45,482 bases of DNA from the NCBI GenBank assembly GCA_041497495.1, contig JBGQGR010000001.1, positions 1 through 45,482 on the forward strand. Direction: 5' to 3'. This document shows, piece by piece, positions 33,198 through 41,329 of this stretch. The stretch is from Anaerolineae bacterium. GTDB lineage: Bacteria > Chloroflexota > Anaerolineae > Fen-1058. Made by a program: the position numbers and the translations under genes. Numbering within the stretch: the stretch's first letter is position 1; every line of letters begins with the position of its first letter. Below the pieces are notes generated by a model. The model worked only from the letters and a program-made list of their open reading frames with translations, was not told the origin of the DNA and searched no databases.

Positions 33198-33301
33198 CCT
33201 CACCCCATCCCCGCGCTTCGCGCTCCCCTTCCTCTCTCCCGATATAAAACTTTCGATTCAAAATCGGAAGAAGGGGGAAGGGGTTGGAGCTTAGGGTGAG
33301 G
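33198..33301. repeat. Long imperfect palindromic element (CCTCACCC ... CCCCTTCCTCTCTCCCGAT ... ATCGGAAGAAGGGGGAAGGGG ... GGGTGAGG)
   Basis: The outer arms at 33198-33205 and 33294-33301 are perfect complements. The inner C-rich and G-rich arms pair imperfectly. It abuts the rplA stop codon (33303-33305) and is related to the hairpin at 9261..9296. Confidence 0.7.
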
Positions 33302-33302
33302 A

Positions 33303-34025
33303 TTAAGCTACAGCTTCCATCGATTGAGCCAGATTCGGATCGACGCGCACGCCGGGGCCCATCGTGGCCGCGACGGAAACTTTCTTGATGTAAATACCTT
33401 TAACGCCGGTGGGTTTGGCTTTCTTCATCGCATCCATCAACGCTTCGAAGTTGGCGACGAGATCGTTGAGTGGGAATGACGCCTTACCGATCGGCACGTG
33501 GATGCCCGCCGTCTTATCGACCCGGAATTCCACGCGACCCGCTTTCGCCTCTTTGATCATGCGCGGCAGATCGCCGGCATTCTGCGTGATCGTTCCGGCT
33601 TTGGGGCTGGGCATCAAGCCGCGCGTGCCAAGCACTTTACCCAAGCGGCCAATCTTGCCCATCATATCGGCCATGGCGATCGAGATGTCCCAATCGGTCC
33701 AGCCGTCTTGAATCTTCTTCAATTCTTCATCGGTGCTGTACACGTAATCGGCGCCGGATTCCTGCGCCAAGCGCGCACCATCGCCCTGCGCGAAGACCAT
33801 CACGCGCACGACCTTGCCGAGTCCGGCCGGCAGCACGACGACGCCGCGCACGAGTTGATCGGCCTGTCGGGGATCGACGCCCAATCGGAAGTGCACTACG
33901 ATCGTCGCATTGAACTTGGCGTACGATGTTTCTTTCGCCAGCTGCAAAGCTTCGGTCGGCGCATACATTTTTTCGATATCGACTTTTTTCGCTTGTTCGA
34001 CGTACTTCTTACCGTGCTGAGCCAT
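33303..34025 (-). CDS. rplA: 50S ribosomal protein L1
   Basis: [16 protein letters not shown]....Y...EA..L.KE...AKF..T......LGVDPR.ADQ.VRG.VVLP.G.GK..RV.VFA.G. AGGAG Shine-Dalgarno upstream. Confidence 0.97.
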   Translation of the reverse strand: MAQHGKKYVEQAKKVDIEKMYAPTEALQLAKETSYAKFNATIVVHFRLGVDPRQADQLVRGVVVLPAGLGKVVRVMVFAQGDGARLAQESGADYVYSTDEELKKIQDGWTDWDISIAMADMMGKIGRLGKVLGTRGLMPSPKAGTITQNAGDLPRMIKEAKAGRVEFRVDKTAGIHVPIGKASFPLNDLVANFEALMDAMKKAKPTGVKGIYIKKVSVAATMGPGVRVDPNLAQSMEAVA

Positions 34026-34105
34026 GTTATTCTCCTGGTGGTGTAAGTGGTAGCACGCCCAGGCGAGACTACCATAGCGGATCGATCGATCCTCCCACTG
34101 AATGA

Positions 34106-34531
34106 TTAGCCTGTAATATCGATGCCCATGCTGCGGGCAGTGCCGGCGATCTGTTCCATCGCGCTCTCGATCGTGAACGAGTTCAAATCTTTCATCTTGA
34201 TCTCGGCGATCTCGCGCAGCTGCTTGCGGGTGATCTTCGCCACCTTCTGCTTGTTCGGCGTCGACGATCCTTTTTCGATCCCGGCGGCTTTGCGCAAGAG
34301 ATCAGGCGCGGGCGGCGTGCGCAGCACAAACGTGAACGAGTTGTCCGTGTAGATGCTGATTTCCGCCGGAATCACTTGCCCGGCCATGCTGGCCGTGCGT
34401 GCGTTGTATTCCTTGCAGAAGCCCATCAAGTTGATGCCGTGCTGGGCCAGCGCGGGGCCGATGGGCGGCGCCGGATTTGCTTTGCCCGCGGCGATGTTCA
34501 GTTTAACCACGATCTTCAGTTTCTTAGCCAT
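34106..34531 (-). CDS. rplK: 50S ribosomal protein L11
   Basis: I place the start at ATG 34531 ([44 protein letters not shown]...) with AGGAG upstream. The track start at 34576 adds 15 non-homologous residues. Confidence 0.95.
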   Translation of the reverse strand: MAKKLKIVVKLNIAAGKANPAPPIGPALAQHGINLMGFCKEYNARTASMAGQVIPAEISIYTDNSFTFVLRTPPAPDLLRKAAGIEKGSSTPNKQKVAKITRKQLREIAEIKMKDLNSFTIESAMEQIAGTARSMGIDITG

Positions 34532-34589
34532 GCTTTTCTCCTGGTGGTAATAACGGATCGATCGATCCTCCCACAAATTTGATGCTCAG

Positions 34590-34696
34590 CGTTATTGCGA
34601 CCCTGTATAAAACAGACAGGGCAGGTGAGCATCTTTTCGCGACGAAGCAATCTCAGCATCGATATTAGGATTGCTTCGCTTTGCTCGCAATGACGT
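34590..34696. repeat. Nested-palindrome REP/MITE-like element, copy C (inverted relative to copy B)
   Basis: CGTTATTGCGACCCTGTATAAAACAGACAGGGCAGGTGAGCATC matches the reverse complement of 8634..8677. Inner CGAAGCAATCTC (34643-34654) / GGATTGCTTCG (34669-34679). Outer partner TCGCAATGACG (34686-34696). Confidence 0.85.
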
Positions 34697-34704
34697 CGAG
34701 CCAC

Positions 34705-35466
34705 TTACATTTTTTCGACTTGCAAGAAATCCAACTCGACGGGCGTCTCGCGTCCAAAGAACGACACCAAGATCCGCACCTTTGCTTTGTCCATGTTGAT
34801 ATCGTCGACCGTGCCCATGAAATCGTTGAACGGCCCATCGACGATGCGAACTTTTTGGCCGGGCTTGAAAGTGACTTTGACTTTCGGCGCTTCGGCTTCC
34901 ATGCGCTTGAGAATACCGGACACTTCTTCCGTGCGCAGCGGAGTGGGCTTGTTGCCCATGCCGACGAAACCGGTGACGCCCGGCGTGTTGCGCACCACGT
35001 ACCAGGAATCGTCGTTCATCACCATCTGCACCAGAATGTAGCCGGGGAACACGCGCTTCTCAACCGTGCGGCGCTTGCCTTCTTTAACTTCGATCTCTTC
35101 TTCGGTCGGCACCACGATCTGGAAAATCTGGTGAGCCATGCCCATCGATTCGATGCGCTGCTCCAGATTGTGTTTTACTTTGTTTTCATAGCCGGAATAG
35201 CAGTGCACGACGAACCACGCGCGCTCATCGGGCGCTTCGCTGAGATCGGGTGCGCCTTCCGACGAGACGGCTCGCATAGCCGACGTGCGCAGCTCGCGCA
35301 GTGTCGCTTTGACGTCCTCGGCATCAGACGGCAGATCGATCACCGGCTCTTCGATGGGTTCATCGGCCGGAAGCTGATCTTCGATCGGTTCTAGCTCGAT
35401 CGGCTTTGCGGGCTGATCGGATTCGATCGACATCATTTCTTCCGGCAGGGTTGCTTCATCCATCAT
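34705..35466 (-). CDS. nusG: Transcription termination/antitermination factor NusG with an ~85-aa acidic N-terminal extension
   Basis: NGN domain WFVVHCYSGYENKV....E.......... and KOW domain FKPGQKVRIVDGPFNDFMGTVDDIN.DK.KV.V.V..FGR.TPVEL.F.QVEK. Confidence 0.95.
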   Translation of the reverse strand: MMDEATLPEEMMSIESDQPAKPIELEPIEDQLPADEPIEEPVIDLPSDAEDVKATLRELRTSAMRAVSSEGAPDLSEAPDERAWFVVHCYSGYENKVKHNLEQRIESMGMAHQIFQIVVPTEEEIEVKEGKRRTVEKRVFPGYILVQMVMNDDSWYVVRNTPGVTGFVGMGNKPTPLRTEEVSGILKRMEAEAPKVKVTFKPGQKVRIVDGPFNDFMGTVDDINMDKAKVRILVSFFGRETPVELDFLQVEKM

Positions 35467-35476
35467 CCAAACTCAC

Positions 35477-35761
35477 TTATTGTCGGCGCAGGTTGATGAC
35501 CAATACAACCAAGCCGATCACTGAGGCAACCAGTGCGATGACAATGCTCACCGTATCGCGATCGACCAGCACACCTTTCAATAAGGTGGAGGCAATCTGA
35601 TCGAACACGAACAGAATAATAGCCATGGCCACCGTCACAGCCAACACAACTGTCGTCAGGTTCTTCGCCTCGGTGCGATTGGGCCAATTGACTTTCTTCA
35701 ATTCGGCGCGTGTTTCTTTGAAGTAATGAACTACGCGATTATCTTGTTTGACGTCCGCCAC
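35477..35761 (-). CDS. secE: Preprotein translocase subunit SecE (94 aa, with an extra C-terminal hydrophobic helix)
   Basis: GTG start with GAGGAG upstream. Motif YFKETRAELKKVNWPNRTEAKNLTTVVLAVTVAMAIILFVFD. Conserved position between tRNA-Trp and nusG. Confidence 0.9.
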   Translation of the reverse strand: MADVKQDNRVVHYFKETRAELKKVNWPNRTEAKNLTTVVLAVTVAMAIILFVFDQIASTLLKGVLVDRDTVSIVIALVASVIGLVVLVINLRRQ

Positions 35762-35856
35762 GATTGAGTGACTCCTCTTAACTCGTCAGGCTGCGCCGCT
35801 GCGCTTTCAAAACTATTGGCCGCGCCCGATCGATCTCGCGCGGCTCAATCATCAGG

Positions 35857-35929
35857 CAGGCCAGGCAGGACTTGAACCCGCAACCCCGCGTTTTGGAGAC
35901 GCGTGCGCTACCAATTGCGCCACTGGCCT
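35857..35929 (-). tRNA. tRNA-Trp (anticodon CCA), 73 nt, 3'-CCA not encoded
   Basis: Minus-strand read: AGGCCAG TG GCGC AATTGGTA GCGC A CGCGT CTCCAAA ACGCG GGGTT GCGGG TTCAAGT CCTGC CTGGCCT G. It folds as a cloverleaf (7/4/5/5-bp stems, one G-U pair) with the anticodon loop CT-CCA-AA. Confidence 0.93.
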
Positions 35930-36539
35930 ATAACTTACCATCAAGTAAATCATTTATCCAAGACATCATCAGCGACTTGAGCCTTGAATCGTGAAACCTG
36001 ATATGCACAGTGCCATACAAACTACGCTGCCCTCGTTGATCTCCCCATGCCGTTCTGCCTTTTTTCAAGGTGGGGTGTTCAAAATTCTCCGAAGGCACTC
36101 CTAACTCACCTGACCAGAAATTCAACAGCGTTGAGTATTCCATATCTTCGTAATAGTCAATGTGCGCTTTAAGTTTTTTAGACGACACACTGCATACTAT
36201 TTCAAGAAACCGAACCCACAACTTCAGGGTACGAGGATCGCTGTTGGTAAGAATCAATGATGGATTTGTTTTGTCGCCCTCGCCTAAATATAGAGCCACT
36301 CCCGCTATGAATAGATCGCGGTTGCTTAAATCGATTTTGAATTTCTCGCCGTCAGGATTGTGCTTCAGATAACCTGCTTCGCTTTGACGGCGACGCTGCA
36401 AACCATATCGATCCATCCAATACGAGACTTTGTGGTAAGAAACGTCTAAACGATCAGCGATCTGTTGGGCCGACTGGCCTTGCTCAAAGTAAAGCTGTTG
36501 TAACAGCTCATGGCTGATCGGCTCGCCCCGCTTGAGCAT
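35928..36539 (-). CDS. HTH + LAGLIDADG-like (putative homing-endonuclease-like) protein inserted between rpmG and tRNA-Trp
   Basis: 203-aa ORF. N-terminal HTH-like LLQQLYFEQGQSAQQIADRLDVSYHKVSYWMDRYGL. One LAGLIDADG-type motif, DLFIAGVALYLGEGDK. Sampled 60-nt blocks run about 33-52% GC, against about 55% in the flanks. No CGATCG in 612 nt. The stop codon overlaps the tRNA 5' end by 2 nt. Confidence 0.6.
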   Translation of the reverse strand: MLKRGEPISHELLQQLYFEQGQSAQQIADRLDVSYHKVSYWMDRYGLQRRRQSEAGYLKHNPDGEKFKIDLSNRDLFIAGVALYLGEGDKTNPSLILTNSDPRTLKLWVRFLEIVCSVSSKKLKAHIDYYEDMEYSTLLNFWSGELGVPSENFEHPTLKKGRTAWGDQRGQRSLYGTVHIRFHDSRLKSLMMSWINDLLDGKL

Positions 36540-36560
36540 GGAAATGCTTCACGCTATCCG

Positions 36561-36725
36561 CTACTTCGTTTCCTTGTGCAGCGTATGCTTGCGGCAATGT
36601 CGGCAAAACTTGTTGAATTCCACGCGGCCCGGATCATTGCGCCGATTCTTCTGCGTTGTATAGTTTCGATTCTTGCATTCGGGACACGCCAGTGTCACGA
36701 CATCACGCACATCTTTCTTAGCCAT
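36561..36725 (-). CDS. rpmG: 50S ribosomal protein L33 (zinc-ribbon form)
   Basis: Absent from the ORF track because it is under 60 aa. My own translation is [54 protein letters not shown], with the CxxC...CxxC pattern and GAGAGAGG upstream. Confidence 0.9.
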   Translation of the reverse strand: MAKKDVRDVVTLACPECKNRNYTTQKNRRNDPGRVEFNKFCRHCRKHTLHKETK

Positions 36726-36781
36726 TGTCCTCTCTCTTTTCCAACTGTGCGAAAGTTCTAAACCTTCGCATCATTAACTTG

Positions 36782-37984
36782 TTAATCCGCGACCTTGGTA
36801 ATGACGCCCGCGCCGACGGTCAAGCCGCCCTCGCGAATCGCAAAGTGGCCGCCCGCTTCCAGTGCCACCGGCGTGATCAACTCCACACTCATCTTGATGT
36901 TGTCGCCCGGCATCACCATCTCCACGCCCGCCGGTAAGGTGATCGTGCCCGTCACGTCCAACGTCCGAATATAGAACTGCGGCCGGTAACCACTCACGAA
37001 CGCTTTGTGCCGTCCGCCTTCTTCCTTCTTCAACACGTACACTTCCGCTTCAAACTTCCGGTGCGGCTTGATCGAGCCCGGCTTGGCTAACACCATGCCG
37101 CGCTCCACATCCGTGCGCTCGATGCCGCGCAGCAGCAGACCCGCATTGTCGCCGGCTTCGGCATCGTCCAACGTCTTGTGGAACATTTCCATCGAGGTCA
37201 CGACCGTGTCGCGCACTTCATCGCGCAAGCCGACGATCGAAACGGGATCGCCCGGTTTGATTACGCCCCGATCGACGCGGCCGGTCACAACCGTGCCACG
37301 GCCTTTGATCGAGAACACGTCTTCAACCGACATCATGAACGGCTTGTCGGTCTCGCGCTTCGGCGTCGGGATGTATTTGTCGACGACGCGCATCAAATCC
37401 CAGATCGGCTTGTAGGCCGGAGCATTCGGATCGGTGCTCGGTTCGTTCAACGCTGCCAGCGCGCTGCCCCGCACGATCGGCGTCTCATCGCCCGGAAAGC
37501 CGTAGCCGTTCAGCAGTTCGCGCAGTTCCAACTCCACCAGTTCGAGCAGTTCCGGATCGTCCATCATGTCGACTTTGTTCAAGAAAACGACAATGGCCGG
37601 CACTTCCACCTGACGCGCCAGCAGCACGTGCTCGCGGGTCTGCGGCATCGGGCCATCAGGCGCGGCCACAACCAGAATCGCGCCATCGACCTGCGCGGCG
37701 CCGGTGATCATATTTTTAATGTAGTCGCGGTGACCGGGCATGTCGACGTGGGCATAGTGCCGCTTCTCGGTCTCGTATTCGACGTGGGCAATGTTGATCG
37801 TGATGCCGCGCTCTTTTTCTTCCGGCGCATTGTCGATCGAGTCGAACGAGCGGAACGTGGCCAGTTTCTTCAGGCCCAACGTTTTGGTGATGGCCGCCGT
37901 CAAGGTGGTCTTGCCGTGGTCGATGTGACCCATAGTGCCGACGTTCACGTGCGGTTTGCTGCGATCATAGTGCTGCTTCGACAT
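36782..37984 (-). CDS. tuf: Elongation factor Tu
   Basis: [62 protein letters not shown] Shine-Dalgarno. Confidence 0.97.
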   Translation of the reverse strand: MSKQHYDRSKPHVNVGTMGHIDHGKTTLTAAITKTLGLKKLATFRSFDSIDNAPEEKERGITINIAHVEYETEKRHYAHVDMPGHRDYIKNMITGAAQVDGAILVVAAPDGPMPQTREHVLLARQVEVPAIVVFLNKVDMMDDPELLELVELELRELLNGYGFPGDETPIVRGSALAALNEPSTDPNAPAYKPIWDLMRVVDKYIPTPKRETDKPFMMSVEDVFSIKGRGTVVTGRVDRGVIKPGDPVSIVGLRDEVRDTVVTSMEMFHKTLDDAEAGDNAGLLLRGIERTDVERGMVLAKPGSIKPHRKFEAEVYVLKKEEGGRHKAFVSGYRPQFYIRTLDVTGTITLPAGVEMVMPGDNIKMSVELITPVALEAGGHFAIREGGLTVGAGVITKVAD

Positions 37985-38006
37985 GCTGTTGTCCTCCTAT
38001 CGTCTA

Positions 38007-40106
38007 TCAGCGTGTAGCCCGAATGGGTTCACGCTTGCCATTTTTCAATATTTCTTCGGCGACACTTTGCGAAACTTCAGCGTAGTGTTCAAATTCCATC
38101 GTGAAGGTGCCGCGACCTTGAGTGCTCGATCGCAAATCGGTGGCGTAACCAAACATATTGCCCAACGGCACGTGCGACTTGATCGCTTGAGCATTACCGG
38201 GCCGTGGTTCCATGCCTTCGATCTGGCCCCGGCGGGCAGAGAGGTTGCCAATCACATCGCCGGTGTACTCATCCGGGACAACCACTTCGACCTTCATAAT
38301 CGGCTCAAGCAAGACCGGTTTTGCCTTTTGTGCACCGTCTTTCAGTGCCATCGAAGCCGCGATCTTGAAGGCCATTTCGTTTGAGTCCACTTCGTGGTAT
38401 GAACCATCGATCAACGTCGCTTTGATATCGACCATCGGGTAACCAGCGACCACGCCCGATTCCATCGCTTCTTTAATACCCTTCTCAACAGCCGGCACAT
38501 ATTCGCGCGGAACTGTGCCGCCAATAATTCCATTCTCGAATTCAAAGCCTTTGCCTTTTTCGAGCGGCTCGAGTTGAAGCCAGACGTGTCCGTACTGACC
38601 ACGCCCGCCGGACTGTCGAATAAAGCGGCCTTCGATCTTAACGGGCCGAGTGATCGTTTCTCGATACGCGACCTTAGGCCGGCCGACATTCGCTTGAACT
38701 TTAAATTCGCGCATCATCCGATCGACCAGAATCTCCAAATGAAGTTCGCCCATTCCAGCGATCAACGTCTGAGCGGTATTCTCGTCCGTGCGGACGCGAA
38801 ACGTCGGGTCCTCTTCAGCTAATCGGCGCAGCGCTTCACCCATCTTGTCTTGATCGGCAGCCGTCTTCGGCTCGATCGCAATTTCGATCACCGGATCGGG
38901 GAAAGAAATCGATTCCAGCACAACCGGTTTATCAATATCACACAATGTGTCGCCAGTGAAAGAATCTTTCAAGGCTAAGGTCGCGCCAATATCACCTGCA
39001 TAGACTACCGTTTGCTCGACGCGGCGATCGGCATACATGCGCAGCACGCGACCCAGACGTTCCTTGCGGCGCTTGCTGGAATTCAGAACCGTCTCACCGA
39101 CATCGACCTTGCCGGAATAAACGCGGAAGTAGGCCAAGCGACCGACAAACGGATCGGCGACAATCTTAAAGACCAAGGCGCAGAACGGCTGGCCATCATC
39201 CGTGGTGCGAACAACGGATTCGCCGGTGTCCGGATCAACACCCGTCACCGAGGGAACATCAATCGGCGCGGGGAGATAATCAATGACAGCATCCAGCATC
39301 GGCTGCACGCCCTTGTTTTTCAGGCTGGAACCGCAGAACACTGGAACAATTTTGCCTTCGAGGGTTGCCTTACGCAGAGCTTTCTTGAGTTCGGCAACGG
39401 AGAGAGTTTCACCTTCAAGGAAACGATGAGTCAAATCATCGTCTGTTTCGGCGATACGCTCTAAGAGGGTTTCATGCGCTGCCTTTGCCTCAGCCTGCAT
39501 GTCCGCCGGGATGTCGCGCGTTTCCATTTTCAAGCCAAGGTCATCGGTCCAATAGATCGCTTTCATTTCCATCAGATCGACCACCGCTTGAAAATCGGAC
39601 TCATGCCCGATCGGCAGTTGCAGCGGCAGCGGATTTGCGCCGAGGCGATCTTTGATCGAAGTCACCGCCTGATAGAAGTCGGCACCGGTACGATCGAGCT
39701 TATTGATGAAGCAAATACGCGGAACCTTGTAGCGATCAGCCTGACGCCAAACGGTTTCTGACTGCGGCTCAACGCCCTGCACACCATCAAAAACAACAAC
39801 ACCGCCATCCAGGACGCGCAGCGATCGCTGGACCTCGGCGGTGAAGTCAATGTGGCCAGGAGTGTCGATGATGTTGATCTGGTAATCGCGCCATTCGCAG
39901 GTGATCGCCGCGGCCGTGATCGTAATACCGCGCTCGCGTTCCTGCTCCATCCAGTCGGTGACGGTCGTGCCGTCATCCACGCTGCCAATCCGATGGGTCT
40001 TACCGGTATAAAACAAAACCCGCTCGGTAGTTGTGGTGTTACCGGCGTCAATGTGGGCAATGATGCCGATATTGCGCATGAGTTCGAGCGGGAATTCCCG
40101 TGTCAT
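38007..40106 (-). CDS. fusA: Elongation factor G (P-loop reads [12 protein letters not shown])
   Basis: [60 protein letters not shown], and domains II-V collinear with EF-G. Conserved position in the str operon. Confidence 0.95.
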   Translation of the reverse strand: MTREFPLELMRNIGIIAHIDAGNTTTTERVLFYTGKTHRIGSVDDGTTVTDWMEQERERGITITAAAITCEWRDYQINIIDTPGHIDFTAEVQRSLRVLDGGVVVFDGVQGVEPQSETVWRQADRYKVPRICFINKLDRTGADFYQAVTSIKDRLGANPLPLQLPIGHESDFQAVVDLMEMKAIYWTDDLGLKMETRDIPADMQAEAKAAHETLLERIAETDDDLTHRFLEGETLSVAELKKALRKATLEGKIVPVFCGSSLKNKGVQPMLDAVIDYLPAPIDVPSVTGVDPDTGESVVRTTDDGQPFCALVFKIVADPFVGRLAYFRVYSGKVDVGETVLNSSKRRKERLGRVLRMYADRRVEQTVVYAGDIGATLALKDSFTGDTLCDIDKPVVLESISFPDPVIEIAIEPKTAADQDKMGEALRRLAEEDPTFRVRTDENTAQTLIAGMGELHLEILVDRMMREFKVQANVGRPKVAYRETITRPVKIEGRFIRQSGGRGQYGHVWLQLEPLEKGKGFEFENGIIGGTVPREYVPAVEKGIKEAMESGVVAGYPMVDIKATLIDGSYHEVDSNEMAFKIAASMALKDGAQKAKPVLLEPIMKVEVVVPDEYTGDVIGNLSARRGQIEGMEPRPGNAQAIKSHVPLGNMFGYATDLRSSTQGRGTFTMEFEHYAEVSQSVAEEILKNGKREPIRATR

Positions 40107-40216
40107 TTCAACAACACTCTCTACGGTTCTTGAGGCGCCAGGTCTCGGTCAACCTGAGTCGATCGGCTGAGCCGACTCACTGGACACCAAGTGAGAACAA
40201 GGTACGCTTTACAAAT

Positions 40217-40687
40217 TTACCATCGGAAGTGAGCAAAGGCCCGATTGGCTTCGGCCATCTTATGCGTTTCGTCTTTCTTCTTGATCGCCGCACCGTTGCC
40301 TTGCGCGGCGTCGATCAATTCACCCGCTAACTTTTCCATCATGGACTTGCCGCCACGCGAATTCGCGGCCGCCAGCAGCCAGCGCATCGCCAATGTATTG
40401 CGGCGATCGGTGGGCACTTCGACCGGCACTTGATACGTCGCGCCGCCAACCCGTCGAGGCTTTACCTCGATCTGCGGTGTCGCATTTTTCATCGCCTGCT
40501 CAAAAACTTCCAGCGGCGCGCGCTTGGCACGTTCTTCGATTAAAGCAAAAGATCCGTAGAGGACGCGCTGCGCGGTACTCTTCTTTCCGCCGCGCATCAT
40601 CCGTTGGATGAATTGCTGAACAAGAATACTGTTGTAGCGTAAATCCGGCGCTAGAGGCCGCTTAACCGCACGAGCCCGTCGTGACAT
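40217..40687 (-). CDS. rpsG: 30S ribosomal protein S7
   Basis: MSRRARAVKR...PD..YNS.LV..FI...M..GKKS.A..V.Y.....I........PLEVF..A..N..P..EVK.RRVGGATYQVP.EV. Confidence 0.97.
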   Translation of the reverse strand: MSRRARAVKRPLAPDLRYNSILVQQFIQRMMRGGKKSTAQRVLYGSFALIEERAKRAPLEVFEQAMKNATPQIEVKPRRVGGATYQVPVEVPTDRRNTLAMRWLLAAANSRGGKSMMEKLAGELIDAAQGNGAAIKKKDETHKMAEANRAFAHFRW

Positions 40688-40709
40688 ATGCTTCTTTACT
40701 CCTGATAGC

Positions 40710-41141
40710 CTAAGCCGCGGGTTTTACTTTAGGCCGCTTGGCGCCATACTTCGATCGGCCTTGTGAGCGTTTTTCAACGCCAGCCGTATCCAAGCTGCCG
40801 CGCACAATGTGATAGCGTACACCGGGCAAGTCCTTCACCTTACCCCCTCGCACTAACACCACCGAATGCTCCTGCAGATTATGGCCTTCACCCGGAATAT
40901 ATGCCGAGACTTCAATGCCATTCGATAAACGCACACGCGCAACTTTGCGCAGCGCCGAGTTCGGTTTCTTGGGTGTTTGCGTCCGCACGATGGTGCACAC
41001 TCCGCGTTTCTGCGGCGCGCCTTTGGCGCGGCGCATCCGCCGCTGGGCAAATGAGTTCCACGTGAACTGCAATGCAGGCGACTTGCCCTTGCGGCGCTTT
41101 ACCTTGCGGCCTTTTCTAATCAGTTGATTGATCGTCGGCAC
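40710..41141 (-). CDS. rpsL: 30S ribosomal protein S12 (with an internal insertion of about 15 aa)
   Basis: GTG start with GGAGG upstream. [12 protein letters not shown]...[67 protein letters not shown]. Confidence 0.97.
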   Translation of the reverse strand: MPTINQLIRKGRKVKRRKGKSPALQFTWNSFAQRRMRRAKGAPQKRGVCTIVRTQTPKKPNSALRKVARVRLSNGIEVSAYIPGEGHNLQEHSVVLVRGGKVKDLPGVRYHIVRGSLDTAGVEKRSQGRSKYGAKRPKVKPAA

Positions 41142-41264
41142 TTGACTTCAACCTCCGTGAAAAAAGACCACCTCGAAAGCACGATGGCCTTTCCTCGGAA
41201 AACAAATCGTTCCTAATTGTCAGGCAGCGGGAGTAAGCCGCGCCATTCTGTCCAGCGACGTGCG

Positions 41265-41293
41265 ATAGTACCATACTGCACGGAGTCTGTCAA
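41265..41293 (-). promoter_or_regulatory. Sigma-70-type promoter candidate for rpsL-...: TTGACA-17 nt-TACTAT
   Basis: On the minus strand, TTGACA is at 41293..41288 and TACTAT at 41270..41265, with a 17-nt spacer. It lies between the rpoB stop and the rpsL start. Confidence 0.55.
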
Positions 41294-41329
41294 CCCAGCG
41301 ATCAGAAAATTTCGGTGTGATGGCGTCGA

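Noticed and set aside
35854-35856. An encoded 3'-CCA on tRNA-Trp.
   Set aside because: The three bases following the discriminator G read CCT on the tRNA strand, so CCA is not genomically encoded and must be added post-transcriptionally.
41142-41200. A possible terminator or attenuator (…GGTGGTCTTTTTT on the minus strand) in the rpsL leader.
   Set aside because: The sequence preceding the T-run pairs only weakly (GGCCATCG versus CGAGGTGGTC). I could not draw a convincing stem, so I did not annotate it.
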